A stretch of DNA of 64,000 nt from the NCBI GenBank assembly GCA_030295235.1, contig AP026176.1:372001-436000 (forward strand). The letters run 5' to 3'. The DNA comes from Fistulifera solaris. Its lineage: Eukaryota. Below are positions 1 through 12,920 of the stretch, piece after piece. The notes under the pieces are model-generated. The model saw nothing but the letters and a program-made list of their open reading frames with translations, was not told the origin of the DNA and did not search any database. How positions within the stretch are numbered: the first letter of the stretch is position 1; every line of letters starts with the position of its first letter. The position numbers and the translations under genes are program-made.

Positions 1-145
1 CCGCATTCGCACGGATGCGTGGACACACTGTTGACGACGATGTGATTGTTGTCTTTATGATTCGTCATGCAACAAAAGCTCATTACAGTCGCGTCTCCTT
101 TCGTACAACAGCAACAACAACAAACACGCAGAAAAATATTAGCAG

Positions 146-1117
146 ATGGTCTCGTCCTTCAACAGGTTGAAACATAACAATATACGGAAGAATCCTTCGA
201 TCTGGCTCATGATTGTTGTTTGGGCGTCATTTTGTCCTTCCTTTTCTCGCGCATTTTCCCGAGGTAATTTGACGACTTCATCAATAATACACAAAATGTT
301 CAACAATCGCAGCATCACTTCCGATCCTTTGCTCGAACATTTCGTCTCTCCGCATTTGCAATTCATCTATAAAACTGAGCCCGTCACGTCCACGCACGAT
401 GAAATGCGGACCCTTCTGCTCAACCGCGAGGAGCACACGTGTGTCGCGTTGGTGGCCACGACGCAAACGACCGGACGCGGCACGCAAGGACGCGTGTGGA
501 AAGCGGCGTCGGGGAATTTGTATCTCACCGTAGCTCTGCCGCACGTGCCCGTACCCCTAACGTTGTTGCCCCTGCAAGTCGGTATGGTCGTAGCCGAACG
601 CGTCCAAGCCCTATTAAAGGCTTGTTCGTCGACAGCCAAAGTCACGGTCAAATGGCCGAACGATGTTTTGATTGAAGATGCCAAAGTCTCGGGATGTTTG
701 ATTGAACACTTTACGAATGAACGGAATCTCAGTTGGTTCTTGGTGGGAATCGGTGTCAATGTCGCCGAAACGCCACCCTTACAGGATCTGCCGGGATTCC
801 ACAAACGGGCTCCCACCAGTTTACACGAATGGTGTCCAGAAGCATCGTCGGACATGGCCTCCGTGTTGGGATTGGAGATCGCCAATGCCTTGGCGGATTG
901 GATAATGGAGGAGAAAAATGACGGACAGCCCATTGTAGAGGAATGGAGAAAGTGGGCGGAATTTGGGAAATCCTACGAATTACGAGGGAGTGTGGTGGAT
1001 GAAGAAGGCCATGAAGGAGAAGTCGTCGTCACTGTTGATATTGAAGCCGATGGACAGTTACGAGTTCGTGATCGACAGGGCCGAGAGCGCTTACTTGTAG
1101 CCGACTACTTGGTATGA
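146..1117 (+). CDS. Biotin--protein ligase (BirA/BPL family), possibly plastid-targeted; true start may be the Met at 209
   Basis: Motifs TQTTGRGTQGRVW, GNLYLTV, KWPNDVLI, KVSGCLIE, GIGVNV. N-terminal hydrophobic stretch ending SRA-F resembles a diatom bipartite leader. Confidence 0.92.
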   Translation: MVSSFNRLKHNNIRKNPSIWLMIVVWASFCPSFSRAFSRGNLTTSSIIHKMFNNRSITSDPLLEHFVSPHLQFIYKTEPVTSTHDEMRTLLLNREEHTCVALVATTQTTGRGTQGRVWKAASGNLYLTVALPHVPVPLTLLPLQVGMVVAERVQALLKACSSTAKVTVKWPNDVLIEDAKVSGCLIEHFTNERNLSWFLVGIGVNVAETPPLQDLPGFHKRAPTSLHEWCPEASSDMASVLGLEIANALADWIMEEKNDGQPIVEEWRKWAEFGKSYELRGSVVDEEGHEGEVVVTVDIEADGQLRVRDRQGRERLLVADYLV

Positions 1118-1237
1118 GATTTCTATCAGGAACACAATCTGGTATGAAATATCTATCAAGGCATGTATCAAATGTAAAATTTAGACGGTTGTTTATGTTT
1201 TGGGTATCTTGGGAAAATCGATAAAAAAATGTGGCTT

Positions 1238-2643
1238 TTAAGAGCCTCGACGACGCTGGAGTCGTCGGAGATAAAGTTCGAGCAGGGCGGCTTCTTCATC
1301 GAGCGGCCCTGGCAAAGACACCAGTGGGGGCATCAAACCCAAGGCCAAATGATTTTGCTGTGCTAGTTGAAGACGAGACTCGTCTTGACGGAGCTGCTGT
1401 GCGCGGAGGAGTACTTGTAACTCTTCGTCACTCAAACTTCCCGTCAAGCCCATTACAGGTGGCCGTTCGAAGGCAGCGGCCAGTGCTGCCCTTTGAAGTG
1501 TACTTTCGTCCGCAAAACGTTGTCCTTGGAGTGACATGGCCAATAGACTCTGTGAACTTGTTGGCAATGGTTGGTTGGCGAGCAGTCGCAGTACCGATTG
1601 GTGGTCCAATTCGTTGGAAAGGACGCTGGCAAACTGAGATGTGCCAGTCGTACTGAACGTTGGTCCCACGAAAGACCGTCTCGCTTGCTCAAGGGACACG
1701 GAACTCAATGGCGCAGTGTCGGGAAGCATTCTACCGTGTGGATGCAACAAACGTCCAGCCACGGCAGGATGGGGTTCGACGCCACGTTCGCTGTGACCAA
1801 GATGAGTTGCCACCGAACGGCTGAGCAAGGCATCAGGGGTTTCGGAACTAGGTTTGTGGGAAGCCGTCCGGTCGACGGCCGTCACTGATTTCGAATCGGG
1901 TGTATTGCTTAACGATGATTCTTTGGTCTCAGATAGCCTCTTCAACTTCAACTCCTTTTTCGCTTTCTTTTCACTGCAACTTCCTTCTTTTTGTTTGCTA
2001 CCAGTGTTCGAACCAATTCCGGTTTGTCTTGACGAAACAGTTGATGACGGTACACGACGGCTTCTGGCGGAAACGACTCGTTCAAACAGCGGGAAAATTG
2101 CCATCGGGAAAGTTTGCGCTGGAAGCTCTCCAGCTTGGTTCCTTGGAACTCTGTTTTTAAAACGGACTGAACGAAAGGACGGGGAATCAACCCGAAACAT
2201 TTCCCGTCCGCAGACCATCGGATAGCATCTTTGAAATCACCCGAGTGAATGACGGCGAACAGTCGTTCCGGGAAGCTGTTGCCGTTCAGAATGATTTCCG
2301 TAGCGGTTTCCTTGGTATCGCCACCGTCACTGGCATCGATTAAAGAAGACTGTTCGCTGGTTCCAATTTCGGTCAGTTGCATGGACGCCACATCGTCTCG
2401 CGAAAGCTCGCTGCTTCCCTTGGCTTTTTTATGGCCGTCGATGGACTCTTGTATTTCTGGCTCTCTTTCTCGTTTTCGGTCGGACGAAGCTTCTGCTTTG
2501 GATTGATTAGAGCAAGTAAATGCGGAGTCAGGTTTAAAATAATATTCGCTAAGCAAAGGCACTGCTCACAACGGCTCACCGTCATCGTCCTTTCGCTTGA
2601 TTTGGTCGTTGGATTGCTCCGGCTGAAGGTGACTGCCCATCAT
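1238..2643 (-). CDS. HSF-type DNA-binding transcription factor (one probable intron, one homopolymer frameshift near 1970)
   Basis: HSF domain SFPERLF...AIRWSADGKCFGL...FQGTKLESFQRKLSRWQF...YRHQLFRQDKPEL in ORF 1948-2562. Adding one A in the A4 run joins it to the L/Q/A-rich ORF ending at 1238. Upstream exon MMGSHLQPEQ ends at a GTGAG donor near 2579. Confidence 0.85.
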
Positions 2644-4347
2644 GGCCGATCAGTTGCATGCGTGTCTGGTATGAAGGTGGTTGGATTTTATGAACACGAG
2701 CATTAGAAAGCATCTATGAAAGCTAAATCGTTATTACAGACACGCTCTTTTTTATTTTGTGAGGAAGTGAAAAGCAATGTCGAACAAGATCCTTCAGTCG
2801 CTCACTACTTCTCTCATTCGTTCTGACAAGAAAAGCAAGAAAAGGAAGAAAACTCAAACCAAGAAAGCTGCATACAACATGCGATAATCTATCTTTGCGA
2901 GAAAGTCTGCATGCAGTTTTTTTTTCCGTTCCTTCGACATTTTTACTGTAGGGTAAACTGTTGTGAGGGTTTATTTAGACAATAGACAATCAACGACATT
3001 CAATGACCGTTGTCTGCTGCGCCAATCTTCGCCCAAAGGACAATAAAGATTGTTGCTTCCAAATGTAGACGTTAGAGAAATCGCGCAAGGTCTTAAGTCT
3101 TTTTTCTTTGAACTTGATGTTAAAGCAGATCACAAGACTCACGTATAAAGTGATAAGATCCATAACTTAAGGCCAGCTAGAAATAGGACTATAGTGATTT
3201 GTTGTACCTTCCTTCTGAGGTTTTACAGTAATAATTCTGTGCACTATGTACTGATTCATGACAGTGCTAGCTGCTAACGACCACGTCATTCTTTAACGGT
3301 CATCGAAGAAGTTGATGATTACTAGTACCTGGTACCGGTACCTGGTATCATCTTCATCATCTTCCTATCAAACACACGACTCACGGCCCAAGACTCGCAG
3401 AAAATACTCTGGACTCTGGAGCATTGCTCGAAACTGAAGTCAAAAACTGAAAACTCAACCTCGTCTCTCGCAATCGACTGAAGCCGTCCTCGCGGCCCAA
3501 GTCGACGTATCCAGTGGGACGTCGTCATGCCTTTCGTCGCTCCACATTGGCGATCCTACGATCATTTTCCTGATACATCGCCGGCAACTTTTGGAAGGAT
3601 CCCCCGCGAGCTTCGACTTTGGCATCCAACAATCCTTTTCATCTGTAGCATCCTCTGTTAGATTAGTTGGTGGAAGCATTTACGATAATGTAAGCCGTAT
3701 TCACGAATCTAAGGCTGGCTTCCAGCTTCCAGCTCGTCTTTGTCAGGAGTCAGGAGTATGTTCCGCTTTATTCGCTGTGTGTTCCGGCGGCCGGCTACCG
3801 GCTACAGTTACTGTGTAAAGTGTAATGTGTAAAGTGAAAAGCATGTAGTAGGTAGTAATAAGTTCTGTGATCTGTCGTGTACACGTTTCAATGTTGTATG
3901 AACTAAGAAGAAAGAAACATGACGCCTAAACTTTATGTCAATAACTTCTGGGCTGGGTCGTGACCTAAATGTGGAGATGTTCACAGTCTACAGAACTGAA
4001 AACTTGTTCGCAGTTCGCAGTTTGACAAAGCTTTCATCGGTCCCTACATTTTACAACATACTTCATGAGAACAGAAAGGTCCGCTATTTTTTATTCACCT
4101 TTCGTCGTGACTCCAATGGACGTAAGACTCATTTCCGCTTTTTCAGACAGGTCCTACCGTGACTCTTGTACTTTGAATCGGATTGTACAAAACCCGAACG
4201 GAGGCGATTATTTCAGCAAAAAAGGCCTCTTGCAGCAGTCGTGATTATTTTGTGACCATGCAAATGGTTATTGCGCTTCTTTTCATTGCTCAAGCAAAAG
4301 GATATTGTTCATGCCGTAATTAAAACAGTTAAAGTAGTCATCCTACA

Positions 4348-6161
4348 ATGTGGAATCAGATTCGACTGAAGACGCGGCATGTGGCGATCCTTTCTCGTCG
4401 TATCAATAGCCGCAGTGTTCTGACAGCACCTTTCGCGTCGCGCTCTCACGAGAACCATAACTCATTCTATTTCATCACCGTGGCTACCGCCGCTTCGACA
4501 GGAATCTTTCTGACGAGTCAGACGGCAAAATGTGACAAGGGCGAAACGGAGAAACTAAAGAATGTAACAGTCTCTCAAGTAGCGAAAGAAGATCTCGACG
4601 AACTCGATTCTTCCATTGATTTTGATCATTTGCCAATTTACTCGTCCGGCGACGTCGCGAGAAACAACGGCGAGGACGGACGACCCATCTGGATGTCGTA
4701 CGGAGGCATTGTGTACGATGTTACCGAATTTGTAGCAAATCATCCCGGAGGCAGTGAAAAATCATGACGGCCGCGGGGTCTGCCGTCGAGCCCTTTTGGT
4801 ACTTGTACCGACAACATTATGCGTCCGATTTGCCCATGCGCTTGATGGAGCATTTAGTTGTTGGTAAATTGGACGAGAAAGATCAAGAGTTGATTGATGA
4901 GCAAGTGGCTGAATTGGAAAAGGAAGATCCGTACGCTCGTGAGCCCCGGCGGCATGCCGATCTTCGCATCCATTCGGACACTCCCATGAATGCCGAAACG
5001 CCGGCCAAGTGGCTCAACGAACACTATTTGACTCCCAACGCTCTCTTTTATATACGCCACCATCATCCGGTGCCCATCTTGACGGAAGCGCAACTGCATG
5101 ATTTTCGTCTCCAACTGGATATGAAGGAATGCAAAGGTGATGAGAATGCCCCGCCGCTTTCTTTGTCATTGGACGAATTAAAATCCATGCCATCCACCAC
5201 TGTCACAGTCACACTGCAGTGTAGTGGAAATCGCCGCAGTGGATTCAACGAACATCAACGTACATCGGGGACCGCCTGGGGGCAGGGTGCTATTTCTACG
5301 GCGACGTTCAAAGGGGTTCGGTTGGCCGATCTTTTGGAACGAGCGGGTCTCGGAGACCCGATCGAGGCAGAAAAGAACGGAATGAAACATGTTGTGTTTG
5401 AAAGTTTGGATGGAATGATGGCCAGTATTGGCATTGAAAAAGCCTGTAATCCATTTGGCGATGTCATTGTGGCGTACGAAATGAATGGCGAGCCTCTACC
5501 CCGTGATCACGGTTTCCCACTGCGCGTGATTGTCCCGGGTTATGCGGCTGTCCGCAATGTAAAGTGGGTAAATAGAATCTCAGTTTCACGAGAAGAAGCA
5601 CAGGGTCCTTGGCAGAGAGGCCTCAACTACAAGACGTTGCCACCAAGTGTGACTGACGCATCCAAAGTCAATTTGGATCAGATGCCCAGCATGACCGAGG
5701 TGTCACTTTTTTCGGGTATCACTTCGATAGGACCGTTGCGAATCCCGAAAGATGTGAAAGAGGGAGATACCGTCCGCTGTTCAGTCAAAGGGTGGTCGTG
5801 GGCGGGTGGCGGCCGTAACATTGTGCGTGTGGACGTGACGGGGGATGGTGGCGAAACGTGGTCGACGGCCGAACTCCTCGAGGGATCTCAACAACCGTTT
5901 GGTCGAGCATGGGCGTGGACGTTTTGGAAGTGTAAAGATGTTCCTGCAATTGTGGTAAAAGATAAAGAGTCGGGGAAGTTGAAGGCTCAAATAGCGAGTA
6001 AGGCGGTCGACTTGGCGTTCAACGTTCAGCCGGAATCTTGTAAGCATACATGGAACGTTAGAGGATTAGGAAATAATAGCTGGTATCGAATTGACATCCC
6101 TATTGACTCGCGGAAAAGAGATATTCTAATTAAACCATGGTGGTTGACGTTCGGAGTTTGA
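4348..6161 (+). CDS. Sulfite oxidase, animal-type (mitochondrial presequence, cytochrome b5, Moco and dimerisation domains); frameshift near 4760
   Basis: b5 motif VYDVTEFVANHPGG; Moco domain FYIRHH, TLQCSGNRR, AYEMNGEPLPRDHGFPLRVIVPG, RNVKW; C-terminal WNVRGLGNNSW. One extra A in GAAAAATC restores the frame. Confidence 0.95.
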
Positions 6162-6233
6162 CGGTCAAGTGACTTATTAGTTTCGTATCGAAATTGAATA
6201 GTTTCGTTGTTAACATAATGTACAGCGTTTCAA

Positions 6234-8068
6234 CTATAGCTTGTTACTAGCATCGGCATCCGATGCTGTGGCATTAACAGCATCAGTATCTGCCGCGGTA
6301 TCATCGACCCAGTCTTCGTTGCTCAAAGTCGCCGATAGGTCTGCGATAGCATTGTCAAAATCTTCCGACGTGACCACACACTCTTCCATGAGAGAAATTC
6401 CCTCTGGATTCAGTGAAAAGTCTTCTACTGAACGCTCTAGTGCGTGACTCGCCGCCGCTCTCGTCACTCCGGTCAAGGCCGCTCCAGAAAAGCCATCACA
6501 CCGTTCGGCGAGTTTATGCAGCAATTCCTCGTAGGATGGCAACTCCTCGCCGTTCAATGGCTGTCTTTTTCGCGATGCAGCAGATTCCGCTGGGGCATCC
6601 CGTACAAGAAGTCGTCCTGCTTGGTGCATATGCCTGGTATGAACGCGCAAAATACTGACGCGTTGTTCCGTAGTGCGAGGAGGTGGCACTTCGATTTGCA
6701 CTTCAAATCTTCCCGGCCGCAGCAAAGCTGGTTCAATCAAACTCCGTCGATTCGTTAATCCTATGACTAACGTCGGAACGACGAGCGGGTCGACTCCGTC
6801 CATTTTCGCAAGCATTTGATTTACCACGCTGTCGCGAGCAACTCCCGCATCCCCTTGAGTACTTGCTTTTCCGCCATTCCCTCCTCGCGCTCGGGCGATC
6901 GCATCAAATTCATCCAGAACTGATACATTAAGATTGAATAAGTTATCATTGAGCCAAAAAATAATCACCAAACTGCATTTACGAAATACTTACTGATAAT
7001 ATGAAGCGCCGCTTTCGAAATCGCTTCACCATTATCCGCTTCCCCGATCCGAAACGTGTCGTATATCGGAGGAGGATTGTCAAACAGCTCTCGCAAGTTT
7101 TTCTCACTCGAACCGACGAATTTATCCATGATTTCCGGACCCGATACGACCGAAATAGGTCTGAGGACAATGTGAGTATTCCAAAAAGGCCGCCAGTACT
7201 GAGGATAGTGTTACACAAGAACTTACCGCAGAGGAGACAAGATACGACCCAAGGTGCGGGCCACCAACGTTTTTCCACACCCCGGTCGTCCGTACAACAA
7301 CAAACCGCGGACGGGATGGATCCCCAACTCGCGCAGCAAGGCTGGCGGAGCCGCCAAGGGAGTCCAGATGCGTCGTTTGATTTGTGACAAAACATCATCC
7401 AACCCACCAATCGTGGCCGAGCACAATTCCGTATTCCAGGCACGAGCAATCCAACTCGACACTTGGATGGAAGCTTGCTCGTCTCGGTCGGTTTCGGATG
7501 GGGGTATGGAAGAAAGCTGGGGTGTCGCAAGTTGTTTTTGTAAAGTGACCTTGTCTTGTATGGATTGTTCTAAGCGAGAAGGTATGATTTTCCCCAACAG
7601 TGCATTGTCGGGTTGGTTCGATTCCTTGGTGCGACGACTCAATGCCGAACGTTCATGCGCTTGTTGAAATGATTTTTCCCATTCTTGGCGTTCTTGCGCT
7701 TGTTGTTGTCGTCTTTGTTCCGGCAAGGGCAAGCCCGCTCGTTGCAACAATCGCTCCGCTTGTTCGACTAACTCTTTATCGTGTGCTTGGGATTGTATTT
7801 GCTCTAATACATTGTAGGCACGCTGTTTTGTAGCGGGGTTTCCGGTCATGATCCATTTGTCCAAAGAAGCGGTGAGATTGTCGTGAAGTCCTTGAATGTA
7901 GACGCGATTTTTGTCGGGTAATACTGTTTCATTGTCGCCTGACGAACAAAATAGATGTCGTTGTGGACGCGGAACGAAAGAAACAAACGCCAGGATGTCG
8001 GAAAAGCCGATGCACAGCATCAGCCAGATGAAGCGACGTTGATTTGTAAATACGAAGCGTCTTGACAT
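6234..8068 (-). CDS. NSF/SEC18-like single-domain AAA+ ATPase with signal-like leader, two introns
   Basis: Walker A GRPGCGKT, VSGPEIMDKFVGSSEKNLRELF, Walker B LHIIILDEFDAI, DSVVNQMLAKMDGV, SRH TNRRSLIEPALLRPGRFEV. GTAAG donors near 7226 and 6992. Confidence 0.85.
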
Positions 8069-8497
8069 GATTTTATCATTTGAAGGATGCGCACTGCACT
8101 CTTATTCTCTTCGACAAGATTATCGCGTTAGTGGGCAGAGGTAGCCGGCTCGTATGAACAACAATCACAAGAGGAACGACAGCAATGATGTTTCTATCGC
8201 TTTGGTTGATGTTGCATGTTGCTTGTCCTGCTTTTCGCATCAATCTTATTGTTTCGCATGTCTCATTCATCATCATCATTCATCATCTCATCTTTCACCG
8301 GACGACAGACAAGCGGTAGGGGTCGTTCCGGTAATGGTTCTGTGCGAAAGAAAAGAGTGCGATGCCTACGCACTCTCTACTCTCTACTCTCTAAATACAT
8401 CTGACATGTGCCAGATCGCACGTCTGATGTACTATGTAGGTCACAACAAGGGTCACAATACTCACTCCCAAGTTCCAAGTGAAGCCACGCCAAGATG

Positions 8498-9020
8498 GAG
8501 ATATCCCACTTCTTTTTCTTATGGTACAAATATGTACCATAAGCGTAGGATTTGTGTAGACCTGGTACAATAACCTTATGGTACAAAATTTGTACCATAA
8601 GGCCTACGGCGTTCCACTACTGACCGTCTGACATCTACCGTTCCGTTTTGGGATGAGCGAAGTAAATAATGATATGTTTATGACACTTAACATCATCAAA
8701 TACAACCAAAAATTATTCATATACCGACTTATCAAATAAACTTTGCATAGGTGCTGTTTTGTTGATCTTGCTCGACTTGATCACAGTATTTTCAGACTTC
8801 AACGCTTTTTGATGAGTTCTTCAGTCGTGGCTGATCAGTGAAGGGTGATGAGTCATGAGTCATGTTAATTTATCGTGTGTATTACAGACCGGTACCCCAT
8901 CTTACACAATTTGCTATACTCCTTATGGTACAAAACTTGTACCATAACGAATACCGGATCAGTACCGGATCGTTATGGTACAAAATTTGTACCATAAAAA
9001 AAGAATTGGGATATGCCCTC
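8498..9020. mobile_element. MITE-like element with ~45-bp imperfect TIRs and four copies of a palindromic motif
   Basis: Left ATATCCCACTTCTTTTTCTTATGGTACAAATATGTACCATAAG (8501-8543) is the near reverse complement of 8971-9014. Palindrome TTATGGTACAAnnnTGTACCATAA at ~8519, 8576, 8923, 8973. Flanks CAAGATG / TAAGATG. Confidence 0.8.
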
Positions 9021-9921
9021 TAAGATGTATTCCCGGATTCAACGCCTTATTACTTATGACCGTTTCTACTTGCGCGGATGCCGGCTGATTTGTGATTTTG
9101 TATGTGTTTCTTCAATTTTCACAGATTTCGTTAAAAACTCAATAAAACTCTTGTTTTATCAAAACATTTCGCCAATCGGGTAAAGAAATCCTCCAATAAA
9201 GAATATTTTCTATTCATTATAAATTATCGAGCATCTTGGTCTCACACTCAGTGATGTACATTAAGCCGTCGAAAGGAAAACAGTAACTTTTCGCCTTAGG
9301 GGCTTAACAATTACTTACTAATTAGAGTCATTCTTGATTTATGTCCTCTTTCCTTGGACCTAGGACTTTCCTCTTGAATTTTCATCCAGTAAGTTTAAGT
9401 ATCAACCAAACTGTAAAGACACTCAAAATCTATAACGTCAGTGGTCATTTTCGTCATCCATCGATCTCTTATGATATGCCTTTTTGTCTACTGCCAAAGA
9501 CAATGCCACTTAATTCGTGTCGTGCATTTGAACAGGCATCCGTTTCGTGTACTGTTCATGGGATAGACAAGTAACCACTGATTGACTGGATTGTTCGAGG
9601 AGGTTCGAATTCCGTGTCCATCATTCCCACTTTAAGGAACAGCATGCTTCTTGCTTCTTGCCGCCTGCTGCGTTGTAATAAATCCCTTGGCGATGGACTT
9701 CGTAGACTACAAAGTACAGTAATTGGAACGTGGAGAAGCAGAAACAGCTGTGGCGTTTGGCCTGTTTTTTTTTTCAATGTGAGCTCAGCGGCCTCCAAAT
9801 TATCATCCACGAAAACCGTTCTTTGTATTATTTCAAAGCATGCCTGGACGAAATATATAATAATATAAAAAAACAGCACACAAAGACACTGTTTTTATGC
9901 AGGCATCATAAAAACAGAATC

Positions 9922-10989
9922 ATGAATTCAGACACGTTAGATCAATCGCGTGCGATCACCGATAAGGACGAGAAGACGACGATGCGATGGGAAAGTGTTC
10001 GCAAACGTGGGATTGATAACAACAATGCTGGTAAGCGAACGCGAGAAAATGTATGAATCTACTTTTCGAGCCGCGTTTTCTCACCATCTTCTGCAGTTGG
10101 CAAGAGCACCAAACGCGCCAAGCAGTCGACGAAAGAGATTCCGGTCAAAATGACCGCCAGCATGTTCAAAACGTTCCCCGAACGCATGATGGAAATTTTG
10201 GAGAAACCCAACTTGAAAGAAGCTATTTATTGGCTCGATGATGGCAAATCCTTCGGATTATTTCCGTATCCGTTCATCAATAAAATCTTGAATGTGTATT
10301 TTCAAGGCGCCAAATTCGAGAGCTTTACCCGAAAACTGAATCGTAAGAAACACAATGTAGCTGTTGTCAAATAGGAAAGAGGTTGATGGGTTTTTTGTCA
10401 CTCACAAACTGTATGCGCTTCAACAGGTTGGGGATTCAAAAGGATCTTTGATGAGGAATACGATCCGGAAGCGTACATCTACCAGCATCCCATGTTTCAG
10501 AAGGGTCGTCCGGATCTTCTCAAGAATCTGTCGGGTGCGAAAACCAAGAGTAAAGAAGCATTTGAGGAACCAAAAGTGAAGCCGCAACCAATCGTCGGAG
10601 TCCCTCAAATGCATCAATTCCATCCCATGCCCGCGGCACTGATGCAAAGAACGATGGTGAATCACAACGCCATGAGCGAATACAATCCGCTTTCGTCGAA
10701 TAATCCCCCATACTTGGCAGCCATGCCCGTCTCGAGTTCGATCGCGGTCAATCCGATTCTTCTGGAACAGCATCAGCAATACTTGGAGCAACAGCGCTTT
10801 CAGCAACAGCGGGCTTTGTTGGCGCAGTTGCGAGGACCGCCCCAGCCACAACAAGCCGTGTCGATGCAAGATTTGCAGCTGCTGCGGGCGCAAAACGCCG
10901 ATCGAGTTCGCATGCTGCAACAATTGCAACAACAGCAACAATTCCAACAACAGCAGCAGAGAAATACTTTCGCGCGACCTCCCATGTAG
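9922..10989 (+). CDS. HSF-type transcription factor with Q-rich C-terminus, two introns (~10031-10096, ~10344-10426)
   Basis: TFPERMMEIL...AIYWLDDGKSFGL...FQGAKFESFTRKLNR spliced to WGFKR...YQHPMFQKGRPDLL; poly-Q tail; canonical GTAAG/CAG sites. Confidence 0.9.
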
Positions 10990-11148
10990 ATCGATCGGCA
11001 ATTGGTCGTTTCTAGTCAGGGCGATCGTGTGTTTTGTTCGCCACCACTGGATCGGCCGTTCACTAGCATCTACCTTGAGCGACTTCGTCGGTACTTTCGA
11101 AAGCAGTCCTAACCTTTATAACATAACTCATATTTTTTGACCAAGGAT

Positions 11149-12920
11149 TCAGCTTGACTTGATCACGCGAAGCCTCGCGTTGGCGTATTCCAAAACGCGA
11201 TTGATTTCTTCTTCCTCCTTGTGCACCGGATTTTTCGGACACAAAGTATACATGATCATTTGCAACACAATTTGACCCAGCAATCCAATGACTCCCAAAA
11301 GGGACAGCAGTTTGGGTTCGGTCACATACTGAGGCAACGAAACGAACCAAATCAAAAGACTCCATCGACCCATCTGGGCCATGCCCACGAGTACCGGCGA
11401 GCGTGACTCCTTCCATGCGGCACACAAATTCTCCCATCCATGATGGGCCAAAATCAAGATATCAAGACAAATCCAAACAATCGCCATACTACCGGAGAAG
11501 AGAATGGCAATACGTTTCTGACGATACTCGGTGTCATCGAGCGCCGGGCTGGAGGCTCCGGCCAATGTGCGTTGGAAGAAGACGACTCGTTCCAACACCG
11601 ATCGTCTGTCTGGGTGGGATTCGCCATAGCCATCATCGTGTTCATACACCAATTCGTATAACAACATTTTGTACGACGCCCCCAACACTATCAACGACGC
11701 CGAGTAAAACATCATGGTCGTCGTATGCAGGATCGCACCATAGATATTCCGCCGTAATGCGTGATGGTCCGGATCGTGTGGTGACGACAAGAAATGCAAA
11801 TATTCCACCATGATGATGGAAAGCACTCCGGCAAAGAATGTGATATAATAATCGGCATGATGCACCGGATCGACTATTAGCAAAGACAATACCGTTTCTC
11901 CCAGCATGAGCATAATCCATTCGCCGTAACGATGAATGGCATATTCCACGTTGATCGGAACGACCGATCTGTAACAAAGATGCGTTGTGTGAGAAGGACC
12001 AAATGAAAACATCAAACGCACTCTCCATTGCACCAACCTTTTGTGATCTCTTTGAAAGATGAAATCATTCATAATTTGCCGCACCGCATGATACAGTATA
12101 ATCCACAAGGAGGAAGCAAGTAGCAAGTACATAACCACAGGATCTTCTTCTTCTTCGTTAGACTCCAATCGACGACGGCTATTCGTGAACTTTTGACGTC
12201 CCGCATAGATCACCGCGGCCACAACCAAACCAAAGGGAACGCCAATAATGTGCAGTGTCGTGACGGCCGTATCCCAGGCGGCTGGTTCCAAATCGACGAC
12301 TCGTTGAGGGTGACGATCGTGGTGGGACGACGATGGATCTACTTTATCTTCTTCTTTCGGATCGACTTCTTCTTCTTCCATTATTTCTTGTTCTACTTCT
12401 TTCTCATCACGTTTCATTTGATTTTCGGGACAATATCTTTGACAATACATGATTTCAAAACACGAAATACCGTGCCACAACAATCCCATGGCAATCGCGA
12501 CACCAAACCAGAATAGGTCCGTCGGGGAAGGCCTTATGTGCAAGACGGCACAGGCGACGGTTAAGAATCGTAATGTCGACAACGCCGATTCCCAGACGGT
12601 GCCGGTCGCAAAAAGAAATCGGCCATCTCGCAACAATTGCAACATCCACAACGATTGGAGGGGCAAGAAATAGCCCAAAAAATAGAGTAACTCCGTAGGA
12701 TCTTGTTGTAAAACGATCCCCAAATTGTACGCCGCCGCAACGTAAAAGAGATCGAAAAGATATCTCCCCATTGTTTGTGCGGCAAGTGTTGTGGTTCCTG
12801 CCATCGATGGCGTTGTCGGGGGGCTTGATAGAATAACGGAAGGAGGGGGAATGATTCTATGTTAAAGGAAGAACCGAGTCGTCGCAAGGGATGATGCGTC
12901 TCGACGACGGGTGCATTCAT
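11149..12920 (-). CDS. Low temperature requirement A (LtrA)-like multi-pass membrane protein; frameshift near 12757, probable short in-frame intron near 11970-12040
   Basis: WGDIF(F)DLFYVAAAYNLG and HRYGEWIMLMLGETVLSL match the two LtrA signature regions; many hydrophobic helices. Confidence 0.75.

Noticed and set aside
1110..1160. 30-bp-period imperfect duplication around the biotin ligase stop codon
   Set aside because: Two short degenerate copies; likely a neutral local duplication.
3455..3679. 74-aa ORF in the 2.7-4.3 kb intergenic region
   Set aside because: No motif, paralog or splice support.
8518..8997. CRISPR-like array of palindromic repeats
   Set aside because: Only four copies, in two end-clusters separated by ~320 bp and arranged as TIRs; eukaryotic context; no cas genes.
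9558..9622. tRNA-like GGTTCGAAT (T-loop/B-box) sequence
   Set aside because: T-stem and acceptor stem do not pair properly, and no D-arm or anticodon arm can be drawn.
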